A stretch of DNA of 64,000 bases. It comes from Octopus sinensis (taxonomy: Eukaryota). The notes below the pieces were generated by a model. That model was not told the origin of the DNA. It searched no databases and saw only the letters and a program-made list of their open reading frames with translations. The stretch lies in assembly GCF_006345805.1 (NCBI RefSeq), contig NC_043007.1, positions 17,174,001 through 17,238,000 on the forward strand, read 5' to 3'. Shown in pieces: positions 38,465 to 52,090 of the stretch; the stretch's first letter is position 1, and the number at the start of each line of letters is the position of its first letter. Both the position numbers and the translations under genes were made by a program.

Positions 38465-39105
38465 CACTGGTTCTCAAATGGGGTCCATATAAGATTTTGT
38501 TGTTATAATTCATCTCTCTCTATATAAATGGCAAAATGTCTGTGTGTGTGTCCTTTATACAAATCCACAATTAGAGGGCTCACACTTTCTATGGTCATTC
38601 AAAACCATCCAAGGGTGGTCATGCACATCTTTACATTTCCCCACTCACCCCACAAAGCCATTAAAAAATCAATAGAAGTGACTTTTTTGTGAATTTTCTA
38701 TCCAAAACCCAATCAAAATGCCCGAAACTTGATACGCCAATTGAATGCCTGCAGGCTGTATGTGATTGGTCGGAGATTTAGACAGTACTCGCGTGTATGT
38801 GCGCACGCACACAGCTGTATATGCATGCACTAGCACTATGACCCGGTGTTGCCGGGTCATAGTGCTAGTTTAATTATAAAACCCAGCCAAATCAAACTGG
38901 AACCTGGTACAGCTCTCTAGCTTGCCAGCTCTAGTCAAATCCATGCCAGCATCATCATCTTCCTTTAACAGACGTTAAAGAATGATAGTAATGATAATGA
39001 AAATTATAATAGAATTTTTTAAACATTGAATCGTTATAAGTGCCTACCTGAGTAAAACAGGAATCGAAAACGATTCATAGGTTAAAGAATGGTTGAGAAC
39101 CACTA
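38465..39105. mobile_element. hAT (Charlie-like) MITE with nested insertions
   Basis: TIRs cactggttctcaa / ttgagaaccacta; identical 8-bp TSD CTCTACAC (38457-38464, 39106-39113). Confidence 0.88.
38513..38868 (+). mobile_element. Non-autonomous Helitron nested in a hAT MITE
   Basis: A|TCTCTCTCTATATAAATGG start; ends ccgggtcatagtgCTAG|T. Confidence 0.78.
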
Positions 39106-39209
39106 CTCTACACTCTTACCTTCTCCTTTTGTACTATCAGCCATCACAAACTCTTACTTTCTCTCATCACTCACCCTTATCTTACTTCATTATTGGTATT
39201 ATTGGGTAG

Positions 39210-39590
39210 GAGGCGCAATGGCCCAGTGGTTAGGGCAGCGGACTCGCGGTCATAGGATCGCGGTTTCGATTCCCAGACTGGGCGTTGTGAGTGTTTATTG
39301 AGCGAAAACACCTAAAGCTCCACGAGGCTCCGGCAGGGATGGTGGTGATCCCTGCTGTACTCTTTCACTACAACTTTCTCTCACTCTTACTTCTTGTTTC
39401 TGTTGTACCTGTATTTCAAAGGGCTGGCCTTGTCACTCTCTGTGTCACGCTGAATATCCCCGAGAACTACGTTAAGGGTACACGTGTCTGTGGAGTGCTC
39501 AGCCACTTACACGTTAATTTCACGAGCAGGCTGTTCCGTTGATTCGGATCAACCGGAACCCTCATCGTCGTAACCGACGGAGTGCTTCCA
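39210..39590 (+). mobile_element. tRNA-derived SINE family D
   Basis: ggaggcgcaatggcccagtggttagggcagcggactcgcgg head; near-identical copy at 2120-2490. Confidence 0.85.
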
Positions 39591-39594
39591 ATTA

Positions 39595-40892
39595 TTGGGT
39601 TGTCCGGAAAGTTTGTGCCGATTTATAGCAGCTTACCTTTCGACTTATTTTAGAACATGGTTCAGTCCATAAAATAGGATTTGACGACACCTCCATTTAG
39701 AGCACAGTTTAAGCTATCTTTTCGTGGAAGAAGGTTTATGTTCCTATCGAGACCCCCTTTGGTCATGACTAACCATGGAATTGCACCTAGAAAGTTCCCA
39801 AACCAGGCACAAGTCCGGGCAGTCGCCCATGCATACCGGCCTCCCCTCTCCATGCCACCAGCGTTATCCAAGGAAAAGGCAAAGGCTGATACAGCTCGGC
39901 ACCAGTGACATCGCAACTCATTTCTACAGCTGAGTGAACTGGAGCAAAGTGAAATAAAGTGTCTTGCTCAAGAACACAGCATGCAGCCCGGTCTGGGAAT
40001 CGAACTCACAACCTCATGATCGCAAGCTTGACGGTTTAACCACTGAGCCATGCGCCTTCACTTAAGTTCCTATAACCTGTGTTGATTCTGTGACCCTTTA
40101 AAATGGAAGATAAGAAAGTTCATTTTCGGCACTTGATGCTTTGGGAACCAGACAAAAATTGCTGCAGCTCGGCTGGTATGTGTTACCCCACCCTCCCTAT
40201 TTCATAGATATTGCTCCTTCGGATTTCCACTTATTCAGGTCTCTGCAGAATAGTCTTTATGGTAAAACGTCATCAATTCCTTGGATGACGTAAAAAGATA
40301 CCTTGATGAATTCTTTGCCATGAAACCCCCTCAATTCTGGGAAGAGGGTATTTTCAAGTTAAAGGAAAGATGGAGACGCATTGTGAAACAAAATGGTTCA
40401 TATTTGGTTGATTAAAAATCTAATGGCAAGTATTTACTCTTTTACTTGTTTCAGTCATTTGACTGTGGCCATGCTGGAGCACCGCCTTCAGTCGAGCAAA
40501 TCGACCCAGGACTTATTCTTTGTAAGACCAGTACTTATTCTATCGGTCTCTTTTGCCGAACCGCTAAGTGACGGGGACGTAAACACACCAGCATCGGTTG
40601 TCAAGCAATGCTAGGGGGACGAACACAGACACACAAACACACACACAAATACATATATATATACATATATATGACAGGCTTCTTTCAGTTTCCGTCTACC
40701 AAATCCACTCACAAGGCATTGGTCGGCCCGAGGCTATAGCAGAAGACACTTACCCAAGATGCCACGCAGTGGGACTGAACCCGGAACCATGTGGTTGGTA
40801 AGCAAGCTACTTACCACACAGCCACTCCTGCGCCTATTTATTGACCTTTTTCTTTCCTTTAAAAATCGGCACAAACTTTCCGGACAGCCCAA
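39595..40892 (+). mobile_element. Internally deleted mariner with two nested SINEs
   Basis: TA TSDs; ~30-bp TIRs ttgggttgtccggaaagtttgtgccgattt; MEDKKVHFRHLMLWE joined to HPPYFIDIAPSDFHLFRSLQN...WRRIVKQNGSY; SINEs at ~39748-40065 (flanked by gttcctat) and ~40435-40835. Confidence 0.9.
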
Positions 40893-42756
40893 TACTTACC
40901 AATCACTTCCCCAACCCCTGATCCCACTCCAAATAACCGTGCCTCTTACATCATATTCTCAGTCTTTCAGATGTCATTCATCATTTTACATTCCAATCCC
41001 CTCCTTGGTCACCTGAGCAAATATATATGGCTTAGGTCATTGAGTACACTCTACACTTATACACTTACTTTCCTTCACCCATTTTTGCCTTGCAGTTTAT
41101 GTCACTCTCTCCTACTTCTCCCCTCCTTGGTCTGCATGTCATAGGTCACTGAGTACTCTCAGCATTTCCTGTATATAAGGTACTACCCCTTCCTATGGTG
41201 GAAAGCCTACAAAAATTGCACTCCCTCCAGAGTGGCTGGTGGGGTAAAATAACCTTTTTTGCACTGGCGTCACCCTGTACACCCTGTAAAATAGTTGGCA
41301 AATGAGCAAAGAACGGGAAGATCCGTTTGGTCCTGTCTCACCGAGGGCTAGCCAACTTCCCTAGCATTGGTGTGATGAAAAAAAAAAAGACGACAAAATG
41401 AACTCGTTACACTCCAGAGTAACTGGAACAAGAAGGTCACCCAGTCATAGAAACCACCTCTAATGACACATATTGAGTAACAGCCTGTGAGGGCAGGAGC
41501 TTCAAATAAGAAAGGATAGGGATTGTGATGACTCATCTAATACATGCCAGCATGGAAAGCAGACGTAAAATAATAATGATGACCATAGCTGTGTGTGTGT
41601 GTGTGTTTATAATATGTATATGGTTCAAATTTCAGGCCTTGTGTCGATGTTAGAAATCTATTACTATTGTTGTTATTAGCTGACAGAATCGTTAGCGCGT
41701 CGGACAAAATGCTGTTAACAGCATTTTGCCCGTCTGCACGTTCTGAGTTCAAATTTCGCCGAGGTCATTTTTGCCTTTCAATCTTTCGGGGTCGGCAGAA
41801 ACGTTAGCATACCGGACGAAATGCTTAGCGGTATTTTGTCTGCCGTTACCTTCTGAGTTCAAATTCCGCCGAGGTTGACTTTGCCTTTCATCCTTTCGGG
41901 GTCGATTAAATAAGTACCAGTTACGCACTGGGGTCGATATAATCGACTTAATCTGTTTGTCTGTCCTGTTTGTATCCTCTATGTTTAGCCTCTTGTGGGG
42001 AATAAAGTAATAATTAAAAAAAATCTTTCGGGGTCAATAGAATAAGTACCAGTTGAGTACTGGGGTCGATGTAATCGACTTAGCCGTTCCAGGGAAATTG
42101 CTGGCCTTGTGCGAAATTTTTAAAATAATCAGTTATTTCTTATGGCGGCGAGCTGGCAGAATCGTTAGCACGTCGGTCGAAATGCTTCAGCAGTATTTCG
42201 TCTGCCGCTACGTTCTGAGTTCAAATTCCGCCGGGGTCGACTTCGCCTTTCATCCTTTCGGGATCGATTAATTAAGTACCAGTGAAACACTGGGGTCGAT
42301 GTAATCGACTAGTCACCTCCCCACAAATTTCAGGCTTTGTGCCTGCCTGTAGTAGAACGAATTATTTCTTTGCGTTCATGGTTCAATTCCTGCCGAGGTC
42401 GATTTTACCTTTCATCCTTTCGGGGTCGATAAATTAAATACCTATTTCTTTATTACCCACAAGGGGCTAAACACAGAGGGGACAAACAAGGACAGACATA
42501 GGTATTAAGTCGATTACATCGAACCCCAGTGCGTAACTGGTACTTAATTTATCGACCCCGAAAGGATGAAAGGCAAAGTCAACCTCGGCGGAATTTGAAC
42601 TCACAACGTAACGGCAGACGAAATACCGCTAAGCATTTCGCCCGGCGTGCTAACGTTTCTGCCAGCTCGATAAATTAAGTACCAGTTGGGTACTGGGGTC
42701 GATGCGAACGACCGTCTCTTCTCCCCAGAAAATCCAGGCCTTGTGACTATAGTAGA

Positions 42757-42805
<49 letters not shown>

Positions 42806-43440
42806 TTTGTTATTATTATTATTACGTGTTTTTCTTAAAAAACATGATATCCATCGGAATTTCTCGAAAGTTATTTGCATCTCTTCACTCACGTGTGTGT
42901 TGGTATGTATGTTCGTCTGTCCAAACGACCGACATAGTTTTTTTTTTTTTTTTCCCCCAAAATTTCACTCACATTTTGATCTAATGTCAAAAGCCTGTGT
43001 AGTAAAAAAAAAATAACAAAAAAACCCCCCAAAAACCTGGCTTTTCGTTGTGTAATATACAAGAAGTTTAGATGACTAAGTGAAGTGATATGGACTTCCA
43101 TTGCCCACTTTTATTTATTTTTTTTTTTTGTAGCAAACAAACAACAAACAACGTTGCTACCCCACCCTTTTACAAAGTGATAGTGCCCTCTGAAATCATC
43201 GAAACACAATCAACGCATTCCAGAGAAGCAGCAATGTAGAAGTGCTCTCTGTCTATCTATCTATCTGTCTCCCTCCCTCCCTCTCTCTCTCTCTCTCTGT
43301 CTCTGCCTCTCTGTCTATCTATCTATCTCTCTCTCTACTCCTCCCCCTCTGTCTCTACCTCTCACCCACACTCACACAGTTATGAAATACGAACATCGTA
43401 ACATTTCTTTTAATAAACTACTGATATACCTTACACGTAA

Positions 43441-43492
<52 letters not shown>

Positions 43493-43499
43493 TGTGTTG

Positions 43500-43530
<31 letters not shown>

Positions 43531-43629
43531 AATTCTAGCCTCTTCGGTGAATGAATGTTACCCTGGTTGTTTTATGAATGTGGTAAATACCATTAATTTT
43601 TGTTTATGGATGCCATAACATCTCTTCAA

Positions 43630-44110
43630 TCTACCGCAGTTTACACGCATACACACACTCAAACGTACACACACGCACACACATACACACACACATACTC
43701 AAACATAGTCACACACACATACATGCACATATACTCACGTACACACATACTCACATACATACATACTCACACATACACACATTCTCACACACACACACAT
43801 ACTCACACACACACATACTCACATACACATACATACACACACATACCCACACACACATACTCTCACATACATACTCTCACTCACATACTCACACACTCAC
43901 ACACATACTCATACACACATAGTCATACACACATACACACACATACTCACACATACACACTCTCACACCACACACACATACTCACACACACATACTCACA
44001 CACACATACTCACACATACACACACACACACATATACTCACATACACTCATATACTGACACTCACATATTCACACACTCACACATTCTCATTTCTCTCTC
44101 TCACACACAC
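43630..44110. repeat. Cryptic (CA/TA) low-complexity tract
   Basis: Direct reading; similar tracts at 18480-18835 and 28150-28490. Confidence 0.9.
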
Positions 44111-44662
44111 AGTGAATTCCTAGAGTAATGTCCGATGAATACCTCGAATACCAGAAGTTATTCTGCAATCTGCCGCTGATCACAGACCAACCAAGGCAAT
44201 GTGGGGGAGCTTCTTATGTAGTCGTCTGACATGCTAGAAATAGCAGCCAAATTTTTCTCAAATCACACCGTACTACTCTCAGAACGGAAGGGTACATTAT
44301 ACAATTTATACAATATGGTCGTGGAAGCACAATTCATGAAACCAAAAGGATTGTAATGTGAAAGCTGGTACATTTTACATGTATACATACATACATGTAT
44401 GCATACATACATGTATACATGTGTGTGTGTATAGTAACTTAGAGGTTCGGCTAAAGAGACTGCTAAAATAAGTACTAGGCTTACAAAGAATAAGTCCTGG
44501 GGTCGATTTCTTTAGCTAAAACATTTTAAGGCAGTGCTCCAGCATGGCCACTACCAAATGACTGAAACAAAAGAAAAAAAGAAAAGAATATATATATATG
44601 TGTGTGTGTGTGTGTATATATGTGTATGTATATATATATGTGTGTGTATATATATATATATG

Positions 44663-44702
<40 letters not shown>

Positions 44703-44735
44703 TATATATGTGTGTGTGTATATGATGTATATATA

Positions 44736-44776
<41 letters not shown>

Positions 44777-47700
44777 TAGCAGAAGTTAAAGAGTAACTCA
44801 ATAGCATGAAACTCTTAGCCTTAGAGTCACTGTAATTTCTACCTATTAACTATACATATATAAGTGCAGGAGTGGCTGTGTGGTTAGTAGCTTGCTTACC
44901 AACCACATGGTTCTGAGTTCAGTCCCACTTTGTGGCACCTTGGGCAAATGTCTTCTACTATAGCCTCAGGCCGACCAAAGCCTTGTGAGTGGATTTTGTA
45001 GATGGAAACTGAAAGAAGCCTGTCGTATGTATGTACATATATATATGTATGTATGTGTTTGTACCCCCACCATCGCTTGACAACTGATGTTGGTGTGTTT
45101 ATGTCCCCGTATTTAATGGTTCAGCAAAACAGACCGATAGAATAAGTACTGGGCTTACAAAGAATAAGTCCTGGGGTCGAGTTGCTCGATTAAAGGCAGT
45201 GCTCCAGCATGGCCACAGTCAAATGATTGAAACAAATAAAAGAATAAAAGATATACTCTTTTACTTGTTTCAGTCATTTGACTGCGGCCATGCTGGAGCA
45301 CCGCCTTTAATCGAGCAACTCGACCCCGGAACTTATTCTTTGTAAGCCCAGTACTTATTCTATCGGTCTCTTTGCCAAACCGCTAAGTAACGGGGACATA
45401 AACACACCAGCATCGGTTGTCAAGCAATGCTAGGGGGACAAACACAGACACACAAACACACACGCACATATATATATATATATATATACATATATACGAC
45501 GGGTTTCTTTCAGTTTCCGTCTACCAAATCCACTCACAATGCTTTGGTCGGCCCGAGGCTATAGTAGAAAACACTTGCCCAAGGTGCCGCGCAGTGCGAC
45601 TGAACCCGGAACCATGTGGTTGGTAAACAAGCTACTTACCACACAGCCACTCATATATATATCGGATTGGTGCCTGGTACAGCCTTCTGGCTTACCAGTC
45701 CTCAGTCAAACTGTCCAACCTGTGCCAGCATGGAATGTAGAGGTTAAACGATGATGATATATACCATGTTTTGGGTTCTATTTTTCTGTTTGTATCACCA
45801 AACCTACACACATACACACAAGATCCTTAACCCAATATCTATCTGCCTGTGTGTCTGTTTCTATCATTTGAATGCTGTGTTCATTATATTTATGATAGGT
45901 AAGATGCTAGTTCGCCCACCCATGTGCCAGAATTCTCTCAAGCTTAACCTGTAATCATTTATCATTCTTAGGGATTGAATTGACTGTGTAGGTGGCCTTA
46001 GTCAAAGTAAATATTTTCATTCAGCTCTGGATATAGTCATTTCAAATGTATTTCCACGTAATAGGAAAAAAAAAATACTAAAGAAAAACATAAAAGCCTC
46101 CATGAACCAACAAGGAAGTAGCATTTCTATGGTTCCACAACCTGCTAGAAATAGCAGCCAAATCTCCTTTATGCCACATATCACCTGCTACCACCTTTAA
46201 TTGAGAAAGTACACAGAAGCCCGTCGTATATATATGTGAACTTGTGTGTACCGTTGACGATTTTGTTTCCTCTGTCTTCCCTTCTCTGGATCTTTCCTTC
46301 TCCTATGTTTCCGACGAAGAGCTCCGCTCAAAACGTTAAAACCTCCTTCTTTCCTGAGCGTCCAATAATACTATATTTGTTCCACGTCCTCGCGTTGTTG
46401 TGTTTTTGTGTGCTTTCTTGTTTGGATTAACTATATATATATGCGTGTGTGTGTTTGTGTGTCTGTGTTTGTCCTCCTAGCATTGCTTGACAACCGATCC
46501 TGGTGTGTTTATGTCCCCGTTACTTAGCGGTTCGGCAAAAGAGAGCGATAGAATAAGTACTGGGCTTACAAAAAGAATAAGTCCCGGGGTCGAGTTGCTC
46601 GATTAAAGGTGGTGCTCCAGCATGGCTGCAGTCAAATGACTGAAACAAGTAAAAGAGTAAGAGTATAAAAAACTTCCATGAGCCAATAAGGAAGTAGCAT
46701 TTCTATGGTTCAACAACCTGCTAGAAATAGCAGCCAAATCTCCTTTATGCCACATATCACCTGCTACCACCTTTAATTGAGAAAGTACCCAGGTACAGGC
46801 GTGTGTGGTTAAGAAGCTCACGTTGCAGTCACATGGTTTCAGGTTCAGTCCTACTGTGTGGTACCCTGGGAAAGTGCCTTCTACTCTAGCCACAAGGTGA
46901 CCATTGACTTGTGAATGAATTTGGTGGGCAGAAATTATGTGGAAGCCCTTCTGTGTGTGTGTGTGTCCGTGTCCTCCAACCACTTGACAACTGGTGTTGG
47001 TTTGTTTACATCCCTGCAATGTAACTTAGGAGTTCAGCCAAAAGAGACTGAGAGATGAAATACCAAACTTTAAAAAGATAAGCACTGGGGTCGATTTGTT
47101 AGAACTAAACCCTTCAAGGGGGTACCCCAGCACAACCACAATCTAATGACTGAAAAATGTAAAAAAATTAAAGATTAGCCAATGTTGTCCTATGTTGTCC
47201 TTAAAAGACATAATGGTCATGGCTGGATTACTTTTGATCATAGGTCTGTTTGATGAGAGCTATTGTGGCAGTTGTGCAACAGCAAAACTGCAACTGGAGT
47301 AAAACTAATAGCATAGGAGTAACTTCCAGAAGGGTAAGCGTGTAGGTCAGTAGCCATGTGATATTTGATCATGATTATTTATAATTAATGTTGACAGTCA
47401 GAATTTGATATCTCATTAGTAATAGGCATAGGAGTGGCTGTGTGGTAAGTAGCTTGCTTACCAACCACATTGTTCTGGTTTCAGTCCCACTGCGTGGCAC
47501 CTTTGGCAACTGTCTTTTATTATACCCTCGGGCTGACCAAAGCCTTGTGAGTGGATTTGGTAGATGGAAATGAAAGAAGCCCGCTCCATCCGTCCCCCCC
47601 CCTTTCTACGTTTCGATCTCTCTCACCTCCAGCCCCCTCGATCTTCTCTTTCTTCTCCTCCCTCGTCCACCTTCTCTCCTTTTCATCTGTCCCTTTCTCC

Positions 47701-48210
47701 TGTCTTTTGTTCTCACGTGACAGCTAGCCGCTGTTGAGCGCTCTTTCGTTTTCAGCAGCCTCAGAAGCAACACGTATGTGTTCGTCTCCCCGTGGCCTTT
47801 AGGCACAACTTCACAAGCCAGCCCTACTCATCGTCCTGTCGAAAGACCCTTGTCCTACGTCCTGTTTTTGTTTTGTTGTTTATTTTTTATTTTTACCGTT
47901 ATTGTTTTTACGTTTTTGTATTCTTATTGGTGTCACGTATTCTGTATTTTTGTTTGTGTACTTCGATCGTTTTCCTCCTTTCGTTGTATACATTCGAAGC
48001 TTTCTTCCAGGGGATCTAATGCGCTTGGCTTAGATTTCCCTTGGCGGGCCGGCCATATCGGAGCAATCTCAAGATTAATCAGCCGAAATTGCTAAGATGA
48101 TCTGGTTCTTGACTGATGACTGAGGCTTCGATGTCCCGTCCTGTGGTTCTTGTGTCGTCTCTGTGGTGTTTCATGTTCTTGTCCATGTCTGTATTTAATT
48201 TTACTGTTTA

Positions 48211-48263
<53 letters not shown>

Positions 48264-49806
48264 ATGTTTGTATGTCTGTGCTTGTCCTTCCAACATAGCT
48301 TGACAACCGATGCTGGTGAATTATGTTCCCGTAACTTAGCGGTTCGGCAAAAAGAGACCGATAGAATAAGTACTAGGCTTACGAAGAATAAGTCCTGGGG
48401 TCGATTTACTTTACTAAAGGCGGTGCTCCAGCATGGCTGCAGTCAAATGACTGAAACAAGTAAAAGAGTAAAAAGAGAGAGAGTAAACATCGCATTTTTT
48501 CTTTTGTTTAATGCTTTGATGGACAGCTGTAAGATGTAAACATTCACTCAGAGGCACAATTTGGTGCATAGACATACATAACAGACTACCAAGTACTGTT
48601 TCTACTCATAAGTTACATCTCTAATTTAGTGTGAAATCTTGGTACAATAAGTTGCACCCCAGATCTTTCAGTTAAAATCAAGTATAAAATAATGTCACTT
48701 ATCATCATCATCGTTATCATCAGCATTTAATGTCCGCTTTCCATGCTAGCATGGGTTGGACGATTTGACTGAGGACTGGCGAACCAGATGGCTGCACCAA
48801 GCTTCAATCTGGATCTGGCAGAGTTTCTACAGCTGGATGCCCTTCCTAATGCCAACCACTCTGAAAGTGTAGTGGGTGCTTTTACGTGCCACTGGCACAG
48901 GGGCCAGTCAGGCGGTACTGGCAATGACCTTGCTCGAATCTTTTTACACATGCCACCGGCACAGGTGCCAGTAAGGCGACGCTGGTAACAATCCTGCTCC
49001 AACGGTGCCTTCTACATGCCACCGGCACGGAAGCCAGTTAGCCGCTCTGGCAACGATCACACTCGGATGGTGCTCTTAGCACCCTACAAGCATGGGGTAC
49101 AAGTGCCAGTAAGGCAATGCTGGTGACGATCACACTTGAATGGTGCCTTTAATGTGTCACTGGCACGGAAGCCGGTTAGCTGCTCTGGGCATATGAAAGG
49201 AATGTCAATGGTCATCCAATATAGTATATATATGCATGTTAAGTGTGTATACGTGGGTGTATTGTTAGTGACATGTTTCTATTTCATTTAAATGAGGCAT
49301 GGAAGAAATAAGTAGCCTTCATCTCTACCATTTCTAAGTTGGCAGCAGCTGGCCAAAGGAGGCAACTGGTGCAGGTGGAAATATAATGTAATCATGTAGA
49401 GCAAAGATCTGGAACATGTTTTTGTGACTTGATCCCATACCATATTAGACAGTACTGCAAGCCTGCAGATTCTCTACTGTTATTTCAGTAATTTCTTACA
49501 TTCTTGTATAAGAACAGTTGTCTTGACTTTATCTTGTTTTGGGGACATATTGTGTAAGAATGAGAAGGTGAGCCTGAGGTGCATGGTCAGCTTTCTCTCT
49601 TTCCTACTGTAAAAATCCTTCCACTTGTACAGCCAGTGCTCCACAACCAGTATGCCACGGCACACTAGCATGCTATTTTTAAAGCCTAGTATTTATCCTA
49701 TCAGTCTGTTTTGCTGAACCACCAAGTTACAGAGATATAAACACACCAACTCTGGTTGTCAAGCAGTGATGGGGGTACAAACACAGACACAAAGGCACAC
49801 ACACAG

Positions 49807-49854
<48 letters not shown>

Positions 49855-50497
49855 ACGGGAAGGTTTACGAAAATAAACAAAAGACGAAGGCAGGTGGAGT
49901 ACAAACAAACAATGTATTAGTATGGCACTCAGGAATAGAAATAGAACAAGTCTTTTACGTTTCGAGCCTATGCTCTTCGACAGAAAGATACACAGAAAAA
50001 AACAAGGAGAGAAACAAGGAAAGAAAAAATGCGTGTAGGAGCTTCTTTCAGTTTCTGCCCACCAAATCCACTTACAAGGCTTTGGTTTGCCAAAGGTGTC
50101 ATGTAGTGGAACTGAACCTGGTACCATGTGGTTGGGGAGCAAGCTTCTTACCACACGGCCATACCTGTGCCTATGTATTATTTCCTTTTTTTAATCCTTT
50201 AGTTACCATATTTGTGTTGAATTGCATCACCTCTGTTTTAATTAATTTTATAAATAATGAAGAATTTAGTAAACCAACTTTGTGATTATTAACTCTTTTA
50301 CTTGTTTCAGTCATGTGACTGTGGCCATGCTGGAGCACCGCCTTTAGTCGAGCAAATCGACCCTAGGACTTATTCTTTGTAAGCCTAGTACTTATTCTAT
50401 TGGTCTCTTTTGCCGAACCGCTAAGTTACGGGGACATAAACACACCAGCATTGGTTGTCAAGCGATGTTGGGGTGACAAACACAGACACACAAACAT

Positions 50498-50586
<89 letters not shown>

Positions 50587-51252
50587 CGACAGGCTTCTTT
50601 CAGTTTCCGTCTACCAAATCCACTCACATGGCTTTGGTCGGCCCACGGCTATAGTAGAAGACACTTGCCCAAGGTGCCACGCAGTGGGACTGAACCTGGA
50701 ACTATGTGGTTAGTAAGCAAGCTACTTACCACACAGCCACTCCTACACCTATATTAAGTTGATATTTTGAACATAAATTGATATGAACTTTTGATAGATC
50801 ATTTTAAAATATCAAAGAACAGAGGACAGTTTCAGATGGGTTGATATCAAAAGGGTTAAGATAGTTGGGTGAGACATGAGGGAAATTTAGTTACTATTTC
50901 TATCATGTTGACCACTCGTGTAAATATTTGCTCCTGGCTTATGATGGTTGTGCAGTGCTAGGTCATCTGCATGGAGTAGATCTTTGGTATGCAAATACTT
51001 AGCTAATCCACTAAGTATGACCTATTATTCCTTCACCTAGATGTACACTAGTGTACACTCTGACATGCAATGACTAATGTTGTTATTGTTTTGTTCCAGG
51101 TCAGTCGATAACCAAAAGTATTCTTGCCATGATCATCCTATCTTACCATGTGCTGGGCACCCAGAACCATATTACTTCTATTGTAAAACAGAAGGGTGTG
51201 ATTCGAGGAAGATTGGGTTGCTATTTCTAGCAGATTGAATGATTATGTAGAG

Positions 51253-51506
51253 CAGTGGTTTTCGACCAGGGACCGTATGACCCTTGGGGGGGTCCACATA
51301 AGATTTTGTTGATAAAATTTATATGCAATAAACTGGTTATAATTCTATACAATAGATAAATATTTTAATTTTTTAATGCAATTTTTAATAATATTTAATT
51401 ATAAAAATACAACAGGATTTTTTAAACATTGAATGCCTATGAGGGTCCATCTGAGAAAAATAGAAATTAAAGGGATTTATAGGCAAAATATGGTCGAGTA
51501 CCTCTG
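51253..51506. mobile_element. hAT MITE, related family
   Basis: TIRs cagtggttttcgacc / ggtcgagtacctctg; TSD ATGTAGAG / ATGTAGAA; shares internal sequence with 38465-39105. Confidence 0.85.
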
Positions 51507-51841
51507 ATGTAGAATGTCCCGTAATGGCAGTAACAGTAGCAGCAGCGACTGTTGTATATTGTTTAGCCCCTTATTGGCCCCTATTGAGCTGACCTATAAT
51601 CAAAGGTATTCAAGCTGTGACTGCCCTAGTTTTCCAGCATTACATACTCATGACTATATTATCCAATGTGTCCCCTTTTTTTTTTTTTTTTAAGGTAGTA
51701 GAGTACATTTTGAAGGGGTTTTGGTTCTTGAAGACTGCAGTTGTTGTTTTGGCCCAAATCAACTGTGTTCCAACATACAGAATATTGAGTGACATTCTGT
51801 CTGTGAGCTTATTATATTTCGCTCAGGCATACCATAGTTTA

Positions 51842-52090
51842 TGGAGGCGCGTGGCTTAGTGGTTAGGGTGTCAGCACCATGATTATAAGATTGTGGTTTC
51901 AATTCCTGGACCAGGCAATGCGTTGTGTTCTTGAGCAAAACACTTCATTTCACGTTGCTCCAGTCCACTCAGCTGGCAAAAATGAGTAATGCTGTGATGG
52001 ACTGGCGTCCCGTCCAGATGGAGAACATATATGCCATAGAAACCGGGAAACCGGGCCCATGAGCCTGGCTAGGCTTTAAAAGGGCGCATT
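51842..52090 (+). mobile_element. tRNA-derived SINE family F
   Basis: ggaggcgcgtggcttagtggttagggtgtc head; copy at 23295-23540. Confidence 0.85.

Noticed and set aside
47822-47855. CTGTCGA-containing hammerhead candidate
   Set aside because: GAAA and stem III are missing; counted only as a decayed PLE end.
49300-49680. Possible decayed coding remnant
   Set aside because: No frame gave a motif I could recognise; needs BLASTx.
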